Below, one piece after another: positions 60,635 to 64,000 of a stretch of 64,000 nucleotides of DNA (its first letter is position 1; each line of letters starts with the position of its first letter). Source of the DNA: an uncultured Candidatus Saccharibacteria bacterium (GTDB lineage Bacteria; Patescibacteriota; Minisyncoccia; Phycocordibacterales; UBA9973); NCBI GenBank assembly GCA_964402895.1, contig CAYODR010000001.1, positions 53,641 through 117,640 of the forward strand, in the 5' to 3' direction. The translations under genes were made by a program, and so were the position numbers. A model generated the notes under the pieces. The model was not told the origin of the DNA. It saw only the letters and a program-made list of their open reading frames with translations, and made no database searches.

Positions 60635-60707
60635 GCTTGGATAGCTCAGTTGGTAGAGCGCTCCCCTGAAGAGGGATAGGTCCCCGGTTCGAGCCCGGGT
60701 CCAAGCA
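60635..60707 (+). tRNA. tRNA-Phe (anticodon GAA)
   Basis: Manual fold: acceptor GCTTGGA/TCCAAGC, D-arm GCTC-AGTTGGTA-GAGC, anticodon loop CT-GAA-GA, T-arm CCCGG-TTCGAGC-CCGGG, discriminator A; terminator aaagacactt…aagtgtcttt+T downstream. Confidence 0.9.
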
Positions 60708-60786
60708 CTAGAATGAACAAAAGACACTTATTTCAAAGTGTCTTTTGTTTTGATTTTATAAAAAATGTGATTATATCTCCGATCTT

Positions 60787-60880
60787 ATCAATACTCACAG
60801 AAGGAAACACAGATTACGAGAACTCCATTAATACCACAGCAGGAAATCGTTTTACGATTTCCTGCTTATTTTTTTGATAC
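60787..60880 (+). ncRNA. candidate small RNA between two terminators
   Basis: Promoter-like TTGATT-16-TATATC at ~60750-60785; ~95-nt transcript with no ORF; ends in terminator agcaggaaatcg-tttta-cgatttcctgct+T9. Confidence 0.3.
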
Positions 60881-60938
60881 AAATTTGACTTTTATCTAAA
60901 GACGTATAAAATTATTCAGAAATTTAAAACAAAAAAAT

Positions 60939-61145
60939 ATGGAGGACAAAATTATCTTGGTTTATCTAGGTGTAGCTATAACCCTAGGAGTAACACTCTT
61001 TTATGGTGCAGTACCTGAGGAAAGTATTAAAACTTCTCTCCTTGTTATGTATTTGAGTTCTGGCGCTTGTGTAATATATTTTGCGGGCAAAATTATCCAG
61101 CTAATCAAAAATAGAAAGACTGAGAAAATCCGAAGGCGAAGCTGA
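60939..61145 (+). CDS. small membrane protein (68 aa, 2 TM), hypothetical
   Basis: Two hydrophobic helices; followed by two hairpin terminators (61150-61215), the second bidirectional. Confidence 0.4.
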   Translation: MEDKIILVYLGVAITLGVTLFYGAVPEESIKTSLLVMYLSSGACVIYFAGKIIQLIKNRKTEKIRRRS

Positions 61146-61219
61146 ACCAAAGAATTAAAAACAACCCGAATTATCGGGGTGTTTTATTTTAAATTAAAAA
61201 GAGGGCATAACCCTCTTTT

Positions 61220-61753
61220 TTATATAGATTTGATTTTGAGTACAGCCTTACGCTTCTTATCTAGCTTTGGAAGCTTTATAAGCAGCATTCCATGTCTTTC
61301 TATTGCTTCTGCGTTATCTATATCAACTTCTTCTGGTAAGTCTATTGTACGCTCAAATTTGCCCCAATAAAGCTCCTTTATAAAATAAGAATCCATTGAG
61401 ATTGTTTTATTTGGTTCTCTTTTTCCAGAGAGAGTAATAGAGTCACGAGTAGTATTGATAGATAGGTGCTCTGGAGAGACACCAGCAATCAGTGTCTGTA
61501 CTATTATCTCATCACGAGTCTCGTACACATCAACAGAAAGCTCTCCAACTTCATCTGCTTCAAGTAGTGTAGAAACTTCAACTTCTTCAGTTTCAATTTC
61601 TTCATCTTCATAAGAAAGAGATATTTCTCTACTAGGAAGTGGTTCACGGTTTTTTAATTTAGAAGAATGATCGTCTTCTTCATAAAATTCATCTTCAGAA
61701 TCACTAAACCTTAAGTTGCCAGTGAGTCTTTCAAAAAAAGATCTTTTTTTCAT
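61220..61753 (-). CDS. Hsp20/alpha-crystallin family small heat-shock protein
   Basis: Alpha-crystallin domain (LSVDVYETRDEIIVQTLIAGV…ITLSGKRE…GKFERTIDLPEEVD…GMLLIKLPK). Confidence 0.8.
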   Translation of the reverse strand: MKKRSFFERLTGNLRFSDSEDEFYEEDDHSSKLKNREPLPSREISLSYEDEEIETEEVEVSTLLEADEVGELSVDVYETRDEIIVQTLIAGVSPEHLSINTTRDSITLSGKREPNKTISMDSYFIKELYWGKFERTIDLPEEVDIDNAEAIERHGMLLIKLPKLDKKRKAVLKIKSI

Positions 61754-61759
61754 AATTCT

Positions 61760-62446
61760 TTATAGAGTTGCCTCCTTAGGAATGCGTCTGAGTTTTTCAA
61801 GCATTACATGACTAATAATAGCAGCGATCCACAAGTATCCATAAATTTGTAGCGCACTTGCAGTATCATCCTTAAGTATAAATAAATTAAAAGTTGCATG
61901 CAAGGCTGTAGCACCTATTAAGCCAAACAAAATAGAACTCTTCCTACTATTTACACTCGAGATACCAATAATAATTCCAATAAAAGCACTTGAGATAGTA
62001 TGAAGCAGTGTCGCACCAAAGAATCTCATACTTCCAGTCAAAAGACTTGCTGTGATATCTGATACAACAGTTGGTTGAAGTACATAAAATACATTTTCAA
62101 GTGCCGCAAAACCAAGAGCAACAGCTATTAAATATATAGCCGAATCAATAGGTTCATCATTATGAATACTTTTATAAGCAACAATATAAAAAACTAAAAA
62201 TTTTATAAACTCTTCTATAAAAGACCAAACGACTATTTTTGTTTCCTCTGAAGAAAATAGGGGATTAAATAAATTTTGCAAAAAAGCTGCAAAATAAATA
62301 CTAAGACCACCAAAAATAAAACATATAGCAATAAGTCTAAATGGTTCTGGATTATCCTTATCTGTTCTAAGCCAAAATAATAACCAAAAAATAGCAGGAG
62401 CAACTCCAAGTAGTAGCGCTATGCTTGTCGGACTTAATTCGGCCAT
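61760..62446 (-). CDS. PrsW-family intramembrane protease
   Basis: Multi-TM protein with EEFIK (EExxK) and HATFN motifs. Confidence 0.6.
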   Translation of the reverse strand: MAELSPTSIALLLGVAPAIFWLLFWLRTDKDNPEPFRLIAICFIFGGLSIYFAAFLQNLFNPLFSSEETKIVVWSFIEEFIKFLVFYIVAYKSIHNDEPIDSAIYLIAVALGFAALENVFYVLQPTVVSDITASLLTGSMRFFGATLLHTISSAFIGIIIGISSVNSRKSSILFGLIGATALHATFNLFILKDDTASALQIYGYLWIAAIISHVMLEKLRRIPKEATL

Positions 62447-64000
62447 TTCTCAACCATTAGTATACTATCTTCTTTAAGTTCTTGCCAAATTGTTTCTGTT
62501 AAAAATGGCATAAATGGATGTAGGACTACTAATGATTCTTTCAAAATAGTATTTAGCAATAATTGTCTTGATTTTTTTATAGCTTCATCTTCACTATTTA
62601 ATAATGGTTTACTTTCTTCTAGGATTTGATCTGCAAAATTTTTCCAAATATATTGATAAATTTTATCACTAGCAATATGTAGTCTAAAATTATCAATATC
62701 ATCTGTAATGTTTTTTACCTCTAGTTGCCACGCTTTGTATATTTCTTCATCTCCATTTGAGAATTTTACATCTGAAAGATCGTCATCTGTATTACTCAAA
62801 ATGAATCTAGTGATATTCCAAATTTTATTTGCAAAGTGTTTATAACCCTTAATCTTATCTTCTGAAATCTTACTATCAGTCCCTGGCGCAGTACCCACAA
62901 CAAGAGCCATACGACCAGCATCTGATCCATATTTTGCAGAAATATCCATCGGGTCAATCGCATTACCAAGTGATTTAGATATTTTTTGTCCTTTTCCATC
63001 ACGAACTAAACCATGTAGATAAACATTTTTAAAAGGCACAGTACCTAGTGCATATTGTGTCATTAGGACCATTCTAGCTACCCAAAAGAAAAGTATGTCT
63101 GTACCAGTTTCAAGTACAGTAGTAGGGTGATATATTTTTAGATCTTCTGTATTTTCAGGCCAGCCAAGAGTGGAAAATGTCCACATCCCAGAAGAAAACC
63201 ATGTATCAAGAGTATCTTCATCTTGAACCCAGCCTTCGTCTGTCGGGTCTTCTATCCCACAGTAAACCTCATCACCTCTATACCACACAGGTACTCTGTG
63301 CCCGTACCATATCTGTCTTGAAATACACCAATCTCTTAAGTTATCAATCCAGTGAAAGTATGTCTTTGTATAAAAATCAGGAATAACAGTAATCTCACCA
63401 TTTTGTACGGGCTCACGAGTTAGTTCTTTTAGAGATTTACCATCCCTTTCTGGTATTGGTTTATTTACATCAATAAACCATTGAAGTTTTGGAAGGGGCT
63501 CAATGATTCCACCAGTTCTTTCTGCTGTAGATACATTCTGATCTATTTCTTCTTCTTTTTCTAAGAGATTATTTTCTTTTAGCCATTCAACTACAACTTC
63601 TCTTGCTTCTGTAGTTTTTTTACCCAAAAGATTTTCTCCACCCACAGTCATTTTGGCATATTCATTGATCACAGGTTCTTTTGGAAGATTATGTCTTTCT
63701 GCTATATCCCAGTCAATAATAGAGTGCGCAGGGGTCACACCAAGAGCACCGGTACCAAAATCTTTTTCTACACTATCATCTGCGACAACTTTAATATGGA
63801 TAGGTACACCACAAAATTCCATATTATATTCTTTGCCAACATATTGTGTATATCTTTCATCTTCAGGATGGACAGCCACAGCCACATCACCGACTTTTGT
63901 TTCTGGTCTTGTAGTTGAAATACTAATAGGGAAGTCTTTTGAATATTTAAATGTATACAGCTTTGCTTTTCTATTTTCATAAATGATTTCATCATCAGAA
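62434..64000 (-). CDS. valS: valyl-tRNA synthetase, C-terminal ~520 aa (N-terminus beyond window end), short form
   Basis: Frame stays open to 64000, upstream translation …TTRPETKVGDVAVAVHPEDERY matching the ValRS editing-domain region. KISKSLGN (KMSKS) and anticodon-binding domain. No C-terminal coiled-coil. Confidence 0.85.
   Translation of the reverse strand, partial: SDDEIIYENRKAKLYTFKYSKDFPISISTTRPETKVGDVAVAVHPEDERYTQYVGKEYNMEFCGVPIHIKVVADDSVEKDFGTGALGVTPAHSIIDWDIAERHNLPKEPVINEYAKMTVGGENLLGKKTTEAREVVVEWLKENNLLEKEEEIDQNVSTAERTGGIIEPLPKLQWFIDVNKPIPERDGKSLKELTREPVQNGEITVIPDFYTKTYFHWIDNLRDWCISRQIWYGHRVPVWYRGDEVYCGIEDPTDEGWVQDEDTLDTWFSSGMWTFSTLGWPENTEDLKIYHPTTVLETGTDILFFWVARMVLMTQYALGTVPFKNVYLHGLVRDGKGQKISKSLGNAIDPMDISAKYGSDAGRMALVVGTAPGTDSKISEDKIKGYKHFANKIWNITRFILSNTDDDLSDVKFSNGDEEIYKAWQLEVKNITDDIDNFRLHIASDKIYQYIWKNFADQILEESKPLLNSEDEAIKKSRQLLLNTILKESLVVLHPFMPFLTETIWQELKEDSILMVEKWPN

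Noticed and set aside
1-64000. Alternative genetic code (UGA recoding, as in some CPR lineages)
   Set aside because: All recognisable proteins reach expected full length with standard stops, and no in-frame TGA is needed.
1-64000. CRISPR arrays, transposases, integrases, toxin-antitoxin or defence-system genes
   Set aside because: There are no direct-repeat/spacer arrays and no recognisable nuclease, integrase or transposase ORFs. The only tandem repeats are the tRNA-Phe-derived 72-bp units.

Overview
This 64-kb window is a low-GC (~33%) chromosomal segment dominated by housekeeping genes and reads like a reduced-genome, monoderm-type bacterium. Several traits point that way: an archaeal-type ProRS, unusually short AlaRS, ValRS and UvrC, a type IV pilin, little Shine-Dalgarno usage, many consensus sigma70 promoters with very short leaders, and standard code 11. 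A Patescibacteria/CPR-like origin is inference only.

Recognisable content, in order: a P-type ATPase (partial), trxB, and the division/rRNA cluster hyp-rpsU-ybeY-ftsA-ftsZ on the minus strand. Then proS, mreB, mreC, tgt, uvrB, uvrA, uvrC, a pilin, mnmA, pepF and alaS. Next comes the alpha-operon block infA-rpmJ-rpsM-rpsK-rpsD-rpoA-rplQ followed by rplM-rpsI. After that come grpE, a PaaX-like regulator, dnaK (three small inserted genes), dnaJ, two ABC exporters, lysS, cysS, corA, rplU, recR, dnaB, trpS, aspS with a T-box(Asp) leader, rmuC, a DnaQ-like exonuclease, yqeY, a holin-like gene, MYG1, obg, gatB, lepA, nrdH-like, tRNA-Arg(CCU), a DNPH1-like gene, tRNA-Phe(GAA), hsp20, prsW and valS (partial).

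There is no CRISPR array, transposase or integrase.

The most interesting non-obvious signals:
1. A ~50-bp promoter+leader cassette, TTGACT-17-TATTAT-TTAATCRAATARGATAAG, repeated upstream of four small secreted, membrane or Cys-rich hypothetical genes.
2. Two adjacent GC-rich, Y-shaped hairpin elements between uvrC and the pilin gene, each closed by a 17-20-bp near-perfect stem.
3. A T-box leader with an Asp specifier upstream of aspS.
4. Two 72-bp tandem pseudo-copies of the promoter plus 5' half of tRNA-Phe.
5. A PaaX-like regulator divergent from dnaK, with a perfect palindrome at the dnaK transcription start.
6. A 25-aa Lys/Arg-rich peptide gene with its own promoter and terminator.
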